DNA from: Bacteroides sp. UBA939
Lineage (GTDB): Bacteria > Bacteroidota > Bacteroidia > Bacteroidales > Bacteroidaceae
NCBI RefSeq assembly: GCF_002293435.1
Contig: NZ_DBDF01000038.1
Location: 1 to 60,141, forward strand
Length of the DNA stretch: 60,141 bases
Direction of reading: 5' to 3'
The translations under genes were made by a program, and so were the position numbers. Below the pieces are notes generated by a model. It searched no databases. It was not told the DNA's origin and was given only the letters and a program-made list of their open reading frames with translations. Shown here one piece after another: positions 47,387 to 57,453 of the stretch (position 1 is the first letter of the stretch; every line of letters begins with the position of its first letter).

Positions 47387-48484
47387 ATGAAAATAACCAT
47401 CGTATCGGGAGCACGTCCCAACTTCATGAAAATAGCCCCCATCTGCCGTGCCATTGATGCAGCCAGGGAAAGTGGTAAGAACATCTCATACCGCCTGATA
47501 TACACCGGGCGTCAGGACGACACAAGCCTCGACGCTTCCTTGTTTTCCGATTTGGATATGAAGAAGCCCGATGGTTATCTGAACGTCAGCGGACACGATC
47601 ATTCCGAAGTGGCAGCAGCCATTATGCTGGCGTTTGAAAAAGAATTGGATGCACACCCGACCCGGGTGGTTCTTGTTGTAGATGACCTCACAGCTACCAT
47701 GAGTTGCTCCATCGTTGCCAAAAAGCGCGGACTGAAAGTGGCTCACCTCATTGCCGGCACCCGTTCGTTCGATATGAACATGCCACGCGAAGTAAACCGG
47801 ACTATTGTAGACGCCATTTCCGATTACCTGTTCACGGCAGGCATGGTGGCTAACCGTAATCTGAATCAGGAAGGGATGATACCGGAATATATTCATTACG
47901 TAGGTAATATCCTGATAGATACAGTCCGCTACAATCGCCACCGCCTGCTACAACCCGTATGGTTCTCTACCATGAGATTGAAAGAGCGCGGTTACCTGCT
48001 GCTTACCCTCAACCGCCATGACTTGCTGGCTAAGAAACACGTGTTGAATGCCTTGTTACAGACGCTGATAGAAAAATCCGAAGGAGTTCCTGTCATTGCT
48101 CCTTTGCATCCTTACGTGCAAAATGCCATTAAATCATTGGAAATCAAAGCGCCGAATCTGCATATATTGCCGCCGCAAAGTTATCTTCACTTCGGTTATC
48201 TCGTCAATCATGCCAAAGGTATTGTTACTGATTCCGGAAACATTGCCGAAGAAGCCACTTTCCTTGACGTGCCTTGTATCACGCTGAACTCTTATGCCGA
48301 GCATCCCGAAACCTGGCGTTGCGGTACCAACGAGCTGGTTAACGAAAGCCCTTCCGCACTCGCCACTTCATTAGAAAGACTGATACGCGGGGAATGGAAA
48401 CACACCACCCTGCCCGACCGTTGGGACGGGCGAACAGCAGAACGTATCGTACAAACCTTGATTTACGGAGAATTAAGACTCTAA
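47387..48484 (+). CDS. UDP-N-acetylglucosamine 2-epimerase family protein (WecB-like, divergent active site)
   Basis: GARPNFMKIAP, AG.RSFD..MP.E.NR, VGN, TDSG..EEA..L.VPC.TL, WDG.TAERIV. ATG at 47387 preferred. Confidence 0.85.
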   Translation: MKITIVSGARPNFMKIAPICRAIDAARESGKNISYRLIYTGRQDDTSLDASLFSDLDMKKPDGYLNVSGHDHSEVAAAIMLAFEKELDAHPTRVVLVVDDLTATMSCSIVAKKRGLKVAHLIAGTRSFDMNMPREVNRTIVDAISDYLFTAGMVANRNLNQEGMIPEYIHYVGNILIDTVRYNRHRLLQPVWFSTMRLKERGYLLLTLNRHDLLAKKHVLNALLQTLIEKSEGVPVIAPLHPYVQNAIKSLEIKAPNLHILPPQSYLHFGYLVNHAKGIVTDSGNIAEEATFLDVPCITLNSYAEHPETWRCGTNELVNESPSALATSLERLIRGEWKHTTLPDRWDGRTAERIVQTLIYGELRL

Positions 48485-48487
48485 GAC

Positions 48488-49351
48488 TCAGGAAAGAGAT
48501 AATCTGCATAGATATCCCAATTTATAAAAAGCAAAAAGCCATAGAGAGGGATGCTTTCCTATAAGATTTGCCTCCAAAAGCCCCTCGAACAAACGGAATA
48601 TGAAAGCAATGAGTGCCACGGCATGAAACTGCTTCACCTTGTTGTACCAACGCAACAACCGGACATACGGAAGTAACTCACTTTCATACCCCAACAAGTT
48701 CCTCACAGAGCGACGTGTCTTGGCCAGAAAAGCAGAAGCATCCTCTTCCACCAGATGCCATACCGGATTTTCAATATGCAGCACAGGTATTCCTTCCTCC
48801 TCCAGCCTCTTTCCGAAAACAGTATCCTCATATCCAAGATGAAACGTCTCGTCAAAGCAAACCCGCAAAAAGGTTTCTTTCGGGATGAAGAAATTCATAC
48901 TGATGAACCGTTGATAAGGATGCCTGTTTCGCTCAACTGCCGATTGTACTTCTACCTGCACTCCATACTTATACCGCAAAACCGACTTCCCCGTTTCCTG
49001 ATATAAAAAGCCTCCACAGACCACCTGTCCGCCCACACAATCGAGATACACAGAAAGGAAATCATCACCTGCCGGCCTCGTATCTGTATCCAGAAAAAGC
49101 AAATAAGGATAACATGCCTGTTCCCCCAGGTAATTGCGCACAAATGCCGGCCCGTGATTTTCATTAAGTTCAAGTATACGGCATTCTTTCAACACATTCA
49201 GTACACGGTTTTCTCTCTTTATCTCTTCACACGACGCATCATCCGCCAACAGGATTTCAAAAGGAACCTTCGTCAGCAAAGCCATCGCATGCAGTCTTCT
49301 GACTAATGGCACGCAGGAGACATTGTACACCGGAATAAGTATGGATAACAT
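48488..49351 (-). CDS. Glycosyltransferase family 2
   Basis: MLSILIPVYN, EILLADDAS, LLFLDTD, FDE.F..GYED. Confidence 0.9.
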   Translation of the reverse strand: MLSILIPVYNVSCVPLVRRLHAMALLTKVPFEILLADDASCEEIKRENRVLNVLKECRILELNENHGPAFVRNYLGEQACYPYLLFLDTDTRPAGDDFLSVYLDCVGGQVVCGGFLYQETGKSVLRYKYGVQVEVQSAVERNRHPYQRFISMNFFIPKETFLRVCFDETFHLGYEDTVFGKRLEEEGIPVLHIENPVWHLVEEDASAFLAKTRRSVRNLLGYESELLPYVRLLRWYNKVKQFHAVALIAFIFRLFEGLLEANLIGKHPSLWLFAFYKLGYLCRLSLS

Positions 49352-49491
49352 AGTGCAAATATACATTTTCTTTTTAGCATCTTTTCCGTTGTATCAAGGC
49401 AAAAGAAGAGTATAATAAACATTCCTCTTACTTCTTTATATTATATTTACTTCTCTGTTAACAATAAATCGTTAACTTTGCGCCCTGATAT

Positions 49492-52089
49492 ATGACCATT
49501 ATGAAGCAACGTTATAGAATATTTATCATTTTTCTGTTATCACTATTCGCAGGAAACAACGTATCCGCACAGATAAAGGGCGTAGTCACAGACTCCCTTA
49601 CCAATGAACCGTTAATGTACATTACCGTTCAATATGAGGGAAAAGGTGTGGGCGCCATAACCAATGGCAAAGGTGAATACACCGTAGAAAGCCGCAGAGG
49701 TTGGAATGAACTAACATTCTCAGCTATTGGATATATAACAAAGAAAATCAAATTCAATCCCGATACCAAAGTACTCAACGTAAAGCTTGCGTCTGCCGAC
49801 GTAATGCTCTCCGAAGTAGTGGTAAAGCCACAAAGAGAAAGATATTCCCGCAGGAACAACCCTGCCGTGGAGTTTATGAAGAAGGTAATCGAGAAGAAAA
49901 AAGGATTGAAACTGGAAACCAACGACTACTACGAGTACCAGAAATACGAGAAAATGAAGATGTCGCTCAACGACGTCACTCCTGAAAAGATGGAAAAAGG
50001 CATCTACAAAAAGTTCTCGTTCTTCAAAGACCAGGTAGAAGTATCGCCCAAAACCAACAAAATGATATTACCTATCTCAATCAAAGAGACGGCTTCGCGT
50101 ACCATCTATCGCAAGAGTCCCAAGAGTGAGAAGACCATCATTGAAGGTTTGAATTCCAGCGGCATAGAAGAGTTTTTCAATACAGGCGATATGTTGGGGA
50201 CTATTCTGGCGGATGTATTCTCCGACATTAACATATACGACGACGATATCCGCCTGTTGCAACGCCGCTTCGTCAGCCCTATCGGACGCGGCGCCATCAC
50301 TTTCTACAAATACTATCTCATGGATACCATCATGGTAGACCGTCAGGAGTGCGTACACCTTACTTTTGTTCCGCAAAACTCACAGGACTTTGGCTTCACG
50401 GGGCATCTTTATGTGGTGAAAGACTCTACTTACGCCGTCAAGAAGTGTACCATGAATCTGCCCAAGAAAACGGGAGTCAACTTTGTGGAGAACCTCGATA
50501 TCATACAGCAATTCGAGCAAATGCCCGATAACAACTGGGTGCTGACGGACGATGACATGACCGTGGAACTGGAAGTCATAAAAGGTACACAAGGACTTGA
50601 AGTGCAACGTACCACGAAATACAGTAATTACAAGTTCGAAGAAATAGAACCCCGCCTCTTCCGCCTGAAAGGCAATGTGATTAAAGAAGCAAACATGCTC
50701 AACAAGAGCGACGAATACTGGGCGGAAGTACGCCAAGTCCCTCTCACCAAGAAAGAAAGTAATATGGATGTCTTCATGAACCGCATCGAACAGATTCCCG
50801 GTTTCAAATATCTTATCTTCGGTGCAAAAGCCCTGATTGAAAACTTCGTGGAGACAGGAAGCAGGAAGCATCCCAGTAAGTTCGACTTCGGGCCTATCAA
50901 TACCACCATTACAAGTAACTATGTAAATGGCACGCGTTTCCGTTTGAGTGGTATGACTACGGGTAACTTCGACCCGCACTGGAGCTTCAGCGGTTACGGA
51001 GCTTATGGAACCAAGGACAAGAAATGGTTTTATAGAGGACAGGCCGCCTACTCTTTCAACAAGCGCGAATACGTTTTGTGGGAATTTCCCAAACACCACC
51101 TTGCCTTTGATTATAGTTACGACGTCATGTCTCCCATGGATAAATACCTATCAACTGATAAGGACAATATGTTCGTTGGCTGGAAGTGGACCAAGGTAGA
51201 CCAAATGTCGTACATGCGCGACGCTACCCTGACCTACGAATTGGAAACCAATGCAGGTTTCTCCATCAAGGCCATGGCTCGCCACCGCAACGACGAACCA
51301 GCCGGAGGCGTGCTGCAATACTGGAAAAACAATGGTAACACCGCCGGTTCGTGGGACGAAACGAACACCTTTGTCAAAGACATCACCACCACCGAACTGG
51401 GTGTCACCCTGCGCTATGCTCCGGGAGAAACGTTCGTCAACACCAAGCAACGCCGTGTACCTGTATCTTTGGATGCGCCGACATTCCTGTTATCGCATAC
51501 TGTTGGCCTGAAAGGCGTATTGGGTGGTGAATACAACTTCAACCTTACGGAAGCCAGTATCCGCAAGCGTTTCTGGTTTGGTTCATGGGGTAAACTGGAT
51601 ATCACTGCCCGTGCCGGTGCGCAGTGGAACACCGTACCGTTCCCCTTGCTGAACCTGCCTATGGCAAACTTGTCATACATCACCCAACATAATGAGTCGT
51701 TCAACCTCATCAACAACATGGAATTCCTAAACGACCGCTACGCCTCACTTGCCCTGACGTATGACATGAACGGAAAGCTCTTCAACCGCATCCCGCTTCT
51801 GAAAAAGCTGAAATGGCGTGAGACCTTCCGTATTCGTGGTATGTATGGTACGCTTACAGACAAGAACAATCCGTATAAGAGCCAGAACAATGATTTATTC
51901 CTCTTCCCGATGCGCAACGGTATCGCTACCAGTCATGTAATGGGCGAAATGCCATATCTGGAAGCCAGTATCGGTGTTTACAATATCTTTAAACTATTGC
52001 ATATCGAATACGTTCGCCGCCTCACTTATACCGATATTCCGGGGGTGAAGAAAGACGGTATCCGTTTTATGATATTAATGATATTTTAG
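49492..52089 (+). CDS. DUF5686 family outer-membrane protein with N-terminal CarboxypepD_reg-like domain
   Basis: Signal peptide, IKGVVTDSLTNEPL, YSRRNNPAVEFMKKVI, FVSPI, YKYYLMDT, PY.E.S.G..NIFK.L.IEY..RL.Y, terminal F. Confidence 0.85.
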   Translation: MTIMKQRYRIFIIFLLSLFAGNNVSAQIKGVVTDSLTNEPLMYITVQYEGKGVGAITNGKGEYTVESRRGWNELTFSAIGYITKKIKFNPDTKVLNVKLASADVMLSEVVVKPQRERYSRRNNPAVEFMKKVIEKKKGLKLETNDYYEYQKYEKMKMSLNDVTPEKMEKGIYKKFSFFKDQVEVSPKTNKMILPISIKETASRTIYRKSPKSEKTIIEGLNSSGIEEFFNTGDMLGTILADVFSDINIYDDDIRLLQRRFVSPIGRGAITFYKYYLMDTIMVDRQECVHLTFVPQNSQDFGFTGHLYVVKDSTYAVKKCTMNLPKKTGVNFVENLDIIQQFEQMPDNNWVLTDDDMTVELEVIKGTQGLEVQRTTKYSNYKFEEIEPRLFRLKGNVIKEANMLNKSDEYWAEVRQVPLTKKESNMDVFMNRIEQIPGFKYLIFGAKALIENFVETGSRKHPSKFDFGPINTTITSNYVNGTRFRLSGMTTGNFDPHWSFSGYGAYGTKDKKWFYRGQAAYSFNKREYVLWEFPKHHLAFDYSYDVMSPMDKYLSTDKDNMFVGWKWTKVDQMSYMRDATLTYELETNAGFSIKAMARHRNDEPAGGVLQYWKNNGNTAGSWDETNTFVKDITTTELGVTLRYAPGETFVNTKQRRVPVSLDAPTFLLSHTVGLKGVLGGEYNFNLTEASIRKRFWFGSWGKLDITARAGAQWNTVPFPLLNLPMANLSYITQHNESFNLINNMEFLNDRYASLALTYDMNGKLFNRIPLLKKLKWRETFRIRGMYGTLTDKNNPYKSQNNDLFLFPMRNGIATSHVMGEMPYLEASIGVYNIFKLLHIEYVRRLTYTDIPGVKKDGIRFMILMIF

Positions 52090-52092
52090 ATA

Positions 52093-52258
52093 AGTAGTTA
52101 GTAGATAGTAGTTAGTAGACAGTAGTTAGTAGTTAGTAGACAGTAGTTAGTAGCTGAGTTAATAAACAATCACTAAACATTAAACGTTAATCATTAAGCA
52201 CTAATTAATCACTAATTGAATGTTAATCACTAATCACTAAACGTTAATCCTTAATCCA
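52093..52258. repeat. Two adjacent heptamer tandem-repeat tracts
   Basis: (AGTAGTT/AGTAGAC)n at ~52093-52155, then (TAATCAC/TAAACGT-like)n at ~52165-52258. Confidence 0.85.
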
Positions 52259-52259
52259 C

Positions 52260-53531
52260 ATGATTCCATTAGCAGAAAGGCTCCGGCCCAAGACATTAGA
52301 CGAATACATCGGTCAGAAGCATTTAGTTGGACCGGGTGCTGTATTGCGTAAGATGATTGATGCAGGGCGAATCTCATCGTTCATACTGTGGGGACCTCCG
52401 GGAGTAGGCAAAACTACATTGGCTCAGATTATCGCCAACAAACTGGAAACCCCGTTCTACACACTGAGCGCCGTGAGCAGTGGAGTGAAAGACGTACGCG
52501 AAGTGATAGAGCGCGCCAAAAGCAATCGTTTCTTTTCACAATCCAGCCCTATCCTGTTCATTGACGAAATCCACCGTTTCAGCAAGTCGCAACAAGACTC
52601 ATTGCTCGGAGCCGTGGAGCAAGGCACGGTGACGTTGATAGGAGCAACTACTGAGAACCCGTCATTCGAGGTAATCCGTCCGTTATTGTCACGTTGCCAA
52701 CTGTATGTATTGAAGTCTCTCGAAAAAGAAGACCTGCTGGAATTGCTGCAACGCGCCATTACAACAGACCAGATACTGAAAGAACGGAAAATCGAATTGA
52801 AAGAAACCACTGCCATCTTCCGGTATAGTGGCGGAGATGCGCGGAAGCTACTTAACATCATAGACCTGGTTGTTTCTTCCGAAACAAAAGACCCTGTCGT
52901 CATTACCGACGAAATCGTAACCGAACGGCTGCAACAGAATCCACTCGCTTACGATAAGGACGGGGAAATGCACTATGACATCATTTCCGCATTTATAAAA
53001 TCCATCCGCGGCAGTGACCCCGACGGCGCCATCTACTGGCTTGCCCGCATGGTAGAAGCCGGTGAAGACCCTGCTTTCATAGCACGCCGCCTCGTTATTT
53101 CCGCCTCAGAAGACATCGGGCTTGCTAACCCAAATGCCTTGTTACTTGCCAATGCCTGTTTCGACGCCGTCATGAAAGTGGGATGGCCCGAAGGACGTAT
53201 CCCTTTGGCAGAAGCAACCCTTTATCTTGCCACAAGCCCAAAAAGCAATTCCGCTTATATGGCCATTGGCAATGCTCTGGAACTTGTGCGGCAAACCGGG
53301 AACCTGCCCGTACCCTTGCATTTGCGCAATGCGCCTACCAAACTCATGAAAGAACTGGGTTACAGCGACAATTATAAATATGCCCACGACTACCCGGGGC
53401 ATTTCGTCAAACAACAATTCCTACCCGATGAACTGAAGAGCCACCGCCTATGGGAAGCGCAAGACAATGCTGCCGAACAGAAACTTGCGGAACGGATGAA
53501 AACTTTATGGGGCAACGATAAGCTTAAATAA
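52260..53531 (+). CDS. rarA: Replication-associated recombination protein A (RarA/MgsA)
   Basis: PLAERLRPKTL, GPPGVGKTTLA, FIDEIHRF, GATTENPSFEV, YD.ISAFIKSIRGSDPD, SEDIGLANP, PKSNS, VP.HLRNAPT. Confidence 0.96.
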   Translation: MIPLAERLRPKTLDEYIGQKHLVGPGAVLRKMIDAGRISSFILWGPPGVGKTTLAQIIANKLETPFYTLSAVSSGVKDVREVIERAKSNRFFSQSSPILFIDEIHRFSKSQQDSLLGAVEQGTVTLIGATTENPSFEVIRPLLSRCQLYVLKSLEKEDLLELLQRAITTDQILKERKIELKETTAIFRYSGGDARKLLNIIDLVVSSETKDPVVITDEIVTERLQQNPLAYDKDGEMHYDIISAFIKSIRGSDPDGAIYWLARMVEAGEDPAFIARRLVISASEDIGLANPNALLLANACFDAVMKVGWPEGRIPLAEATLYLATSPKSNSAYMAIGNALELVRQTGNLPVPLHLRNAPTKLMKELGYSDNYKYAHDYPGHFVKQQFLPDELKSHRLWEAQDNAAEQKLAERMKTLWGNDKLK

Positions 53532-53537
53532 TAATAC

Positions 53538-54710
53538 ATGGAAACATTTACGTTCAATACAACGGAACAGATTTTACTTGCCTCCGGCGGTATTCTTTTT
53601 TTTGCTCAACTCCTTTATTACTTCTGTCTCTACAACCGTATACGCACCCGTAGCCGTGCCGCAAGACAAGGTAATATACATTTCACGCAGGATTCAGCTC
53701 CCTTGTCGGTTATCATCTATGCCCGCGAAGAAGTGGCGAATCTGCGCCGTAACCTTACCGCCGTATTGGAACAGGACTATCCGCAATTTGAAGTCATTGT
53801 TATCAACGACGGGAATATAGACGGAAGCGAAGACTATCTGACTATACTGGGAGAGCAATATCCTAACCTATATCACAGTTTCGTCCCAAACTCCTCGCGG
53901 TACATCAGTCACAAGAAGCTGGCTGTCACCCTCGGCATAAAAGCAAGCAAGTATGACTGGGTCGTATTTACCGAAGCAAACTGCATGCCCGAAAGTGACC
54001 AATGGTTGCGTACAATGGCGCGTAACTTTACTTCATCCACACAAATTGTATTAGGATACAGCGGCTACGAACGTGGCAAAGGTTGGCTGCACAAGCGAGT
54101 ATCTTTCGACAACCTGTTTACGTCTATCCGCTACTTAGGCTATGCACTGGCAGGAAAACCATACATGGGCATTGGGCGCAACATGGCCTATCGCAAGGAA
54201 CTTTTTTATGGTCAAAAAGGTTTCTCGGCACACTTAAGCCTGCAAAGAGGTGACGACGATTTGTTTATCAACCAGACGGCTACGGGTAAAAATACCCGGG
54301 TAGAAACCGACGCAAACGCAATTGTACGCATGCAACCTGTACGTCGTGCCAAAGATTGGCGGGAAGAGAAAATCAGTTATATGGTCACAGCACGGTTATG
54401 CAGTGGAATACAACGATATTTGTCAGGATTAGAAACAACCACGCGACTACTGTTTCATACAGCATGGATTGCCGCATTGGTTATGGGTATTATGAACTGT
54501 CACTGGCTGGTGGCAGGTTGTGCATTCATTATGTTCGCTTTACGCTATGCAATACAGGCATTCATAATCAACCGGACGGCAAAAGTATTGAGGGAGAAAC
54601 GCCAGTATATTTTCACTCTTCCGGTGTTCGATGTACTACAACCCATGCAGTCACTCTTTTGGAAACTGCATTGCATATTCAGGAAAAGAACTGATTTTAT
54701 GAGGAAGTGA
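53538..54710 (+). CDS. Membrane glycosyltransferase family 2
   Basis: N-terminal TM, LSVIIYAR, QDYPQFEVIVINDG, KKLA.TLGIKA, G.NMAYRK, GDDDLFIN, C-terminal TMs. Confidence 0.9.
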   Translation: METFTFNTTEQILLASGGILFFAQLLYYFCLYNRIRTRSRAARQGNIHFTQDSAPLSVIIYAREEVANLRRNLTAVLEQDYPQFEVIVINDGNIDGSEDYLTILGEQYPNLYHSFVPNSSRYISHKKLAVTLGIKASKYDWVVFTEANCMPESDQWLRTMARNFTSSTQIVLGYSGYERGKGWLHKRVSFDNLFTSIRYLGYALAGKPYMGIGRNMAYRKELFYGQKGFSAHLSLQRGDDDLFINQTATGKNTRVETDANAIVRMQPVRRAKDWREEKISYMVTARLCSGIQRYLSGLETTTRLLFHTAWIAALVMGIMNCHWLVAGCAFIMFALRYAIQAFIINRTAKVLREKRQYIFTLPVFDVLQPMQSLFWKLHCIFRKRTDFMRK

Positions 54711-54854
54711 AAAACCTGTTTAATTAAACTTTAAGGTAAGCCTCCGATAAGCCCCATATTTTCTATGTATTTTTGCAATAGTTTGCTCATTGAGAATAAT
54801 AGGAGATAAAGATAATACTTTTTTGTATCTTACACAAAAGAAAAGACTCTATCT

Positions 54855-56804
54855 TTAGTCATTACTTTGTTCAATATTGAATGAAAAATCCACAACTTCT
54901 CTTATTTTTTCTTTTTGAGTTTCATTCTTTTTTGAAAAATATAACGCTTTTTCTTTGCTAATATCTAAATTATCAATCTCTTCTAAAACTAATTTTTTAG
55001 ATGTTAGTTCATCTTTTATTTTTTCAAAATATCCAGAAGAGGATATTAGTTTTAGATTATGCATAATCTCATTTTCAATCCCTTCTTTGTTATAGTCTAT
55101 TTTGTCGTTTTCCTCTCTATCTGAACTATCACTTTCATCCTTTTGGGGTTTGTAAATAGAACTATCTATATATTTTAATATTTTCAAAAAAATATCAATA
55201 TCATCAGACTGAAATCCTTTATTTATTGTTACACTTACATCTTTAAAATTTGTGTCATATTTTATTTTATAGTAGTCTTTTGCTATATAAGAAAACAAAG
55301 ATAATAAGATTATATTTTGAGAAAAAACAAAGAAATCAAACTTAAAACAACATTCTATTAAAGATTGTATTCGATATGCAGCTAGCATATCTTTAAAAGA
55401 TGTATTCTCATTAAAAATAATTTCATATAATCCGTCTTTGTCTTGTTTGTGAGAAATAAATATAAAATTGTTCTTTTTCCTAGAAAAAACATTTAAGGTC
55501 TTTATAGGATCATGAAGAAAGTAAGCTAGATAAAGTTTGGCAAACACTTCATTGGATACTATTTGTATACCTTCATCTTTGTTTCTAAACTCTCCTCTTC
55601 TTTTTTCATACCAAAATGATGTTTCAAAGGATTCCTCTTGTAGCCTTTTCTGCACCTCATCATTTGCAACAAAATCTCTGTCAGAAACAGGGTTTTGAGA
55701 ATTAGTAAAACGCGTAACATTCAGATCAAAATCTTTGCCCCCAGACTTTAAAATCCTCAATGTTACAAATGATTCTGAATCCATAATCTGTCTTTTTACA
55801 GGAGATGCATCTTTATATGCTTTATAAATCGAATAAACAGTTTGAGCTCCATTTATAATTTGAAGTCCAGTAACTGTTGCTGTTTCAGCTTCATTTCTTA
55901 TCTCTGGAAGTAAGTATGTGATTGCTGTCAATCCATTATTGTAATACCAAAAAAATGCAGGATTGTCTATGATAGTTTTTTCAATTTGCTGATTAAGTTC
56001 AGATACCATTAATGGATTTCGTACATTTTTTTGAAAAAGCAAAAACCCATATTTTTCAAATAGTTTATATATTGTAATAGGTTTTAGTAAGAAGACAAAT
56101 GCTTCAAAAGGTTTGTCAATATGTATAAAACTTCTACCACCTATATGTTGCTTTATTGATAATTCTATATTTTCTTCTTCTGGATTGTAATACTTACTTA
56201 ATGGGTTTATAGGCTCTATCTCCTTATATTTTCTATTAATATAATCAATTTTCAATCTTTCCAAATCAATCCATTCAAATGATGTCTTTTTATGATTTAA
56301 TAAAAAGGCATCAATATTGTCCTTTGTATCTTTATTGGGAGAACAAAGTGTTAAATAAATAATCTTTATTTCTCCATTATGCTTGATATGCTCTTGCAAT
56401 TCTTGGACTTTCGCTTGATATATTATATTCTCTGTAGTGAGTTTGTGCCCACGTATAATGTTATCAAACTCATTAATAGCTTGTAACACTTGTGCTTTTT
56501 CTACTGAGGAATGACACTTACCTTTGGTATTCCATTTGGATTGTACTATATAATATATATGATTCTCTTGATTATCATATGCATCAAATATAATATCACA
56601 GCTATGATCCCCATCACCATCTGTTATATGTTGAATATATTGATCTGTCTTTCCATAAAATTTAAGAAACCAGATCAAAAAAGCTCTTGACTTACAATTG
56701 TTAACATTCGACTTGTTTTTCTTAAAATAAAGATCATCCTTGTATTCTTCTATAAGGGCTTCTAGTTCTTTATCGATAATATCGTAAAATGTTTCTGACA
56801 CCAT
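54855..56804 (-). CDS. AIPR family protein (abortive-infection / RM-associated)
   Basis: Very AT-rich. DGDGDHSCD...IVQSKW nuclease-like N-terminus; LFQKNVRN.L, FWYYNNGLT, LQIINGAQT, TNSQN.V...DF..ND. Confidence 0.9.
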   Translation of the reverse strand: MVSETFYDIIDKELEALIEEYKDDLYFKKNKSNVNNCKSRAFLIWFLKFYGKTDQYIQHITDGDGDHSCDIIFDAYDNQENHIYYIVQSKWNTKGKCHSSVEKAQVLQAINEFDNIIRGHKLTTENIIYQAKVQELQEHIKHNGEIKIIYLTLCSPNKDTKDNIDAFLLNHKKTSFEWIDLERLKIDYINRKYKEIEPINPLSKYYNPEEENIELSIKQHIGGRSFIHIDKPFEAFVFLLKPITIYKLFEKYGFLLFQKNVRNPLMVSELNQQIEKTIIDNPAFFWYYNNGLTAITYLLPEIRNEAETATVTGLQIINGAQTVYSIYKAYKDASPVKRQIMDSESFVTLRILKSGGKDFDLNVTRFTNSQNPVSDRDFVANDEVQKRLQEESFETSFWYEKRRGEFRNKDEGIQIVSNEVFAKLYLAYFLHDPIKTLNVFSRKKNNFIFISHKQDKDGLYEIIFNENTSFKDMLAAYRIQSLIECCFKFDFFVFSQNIILLSLFSYIAKDYYKIKYDTNFKDVSVTINKGFQSDDIDIFLKILKYIDSSIYKPQKDESDSSDREENDKIDYNKEGIENEIMHNLKLISSSGYFEKIKDELTSKKLVLEEIDNLDISKEKALYFSKKNETQKEKIREVVDFSFNIEQSND

Positions 56805-57154
56805 GATTACTGTTATTTTTTGCGAATTTACTAAAACTCTCTGATTTCCCCAAATATATAGCCACTAATTTCTGTATCTCAGTCTATCTAAAATTTATTA
56901 AGCTTCTTCTTTCTTAAATTCAGAAGTAATTCTTCCAAGAGAGAAACTACAAATTACACTGAGTGAACTAAAACCAATAATTGATTAAATATTCTACTGT
57001 ATATCTGTTCATTAGAAGAGTTGATTAAAAATATGCTTTTTTGAGTAAGTAGTGAATTTAATTAGTTTATACTATGTATGCTTTTATAAAAGCTGATAAT
57101 CAGATATCTACTCATAAGAATAATATAAACTAATTCATGTCTTGTACTTACATT

Positions 57155-57326
57155 CAATACTTTGCGGATATAGTATTTTATAGCATCGGCTTGTACCTGC
57201 TCTGTCATCCCATCGTCCGAAGCTCCTTTTCCGATGGGCTGACATGGATAGTGTAAAACTTTGCATCCTTTTTTAGGAGTTACCTGATATTACTATATAT
57301 ATTGCTTTTATGACCTTTGATTTATA
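57155..57326 (-). pseudogene. Relic of DUF5712-type mobilisation protein gene
   Basis: Broken minus-strand frames read YKSKVIKA / IYSNIR*LLKKDAKFYTIHVSPSEKELRTMG / TEQVQADAIKYYIRKVL, resembling Bacteroides DUF5712 proteins. Confidence 0.65.
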
Positions 57327-57389
57327 CGATGGTAACTATATATTGCTTACAGCGTGAACCCTTGTTAAGCAATAATATTATTTGACCAT

Positions 57390-57426
57390 AAGCCCCTATA
57401 AACCAATTATACAGTTTATAGAGGCT
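57390..57426. terminator. Hairpin downstream of LolE-like gene
   Basis: AAGCCCCTATAAAC ... GTTTATAGAGGCTT. Confidence 0.55.
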
Positions 57427-57453
57427 TTGCTGTAAGGCAATATATAGTTACAT

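Noticed and set aside
57203-57245. Hairpin suggesting a riboswitch or ncRNA upstream of AIPR
   Set aside because: Lies inside the DUF5712-like coding relic and matches no RNA family I recognise.
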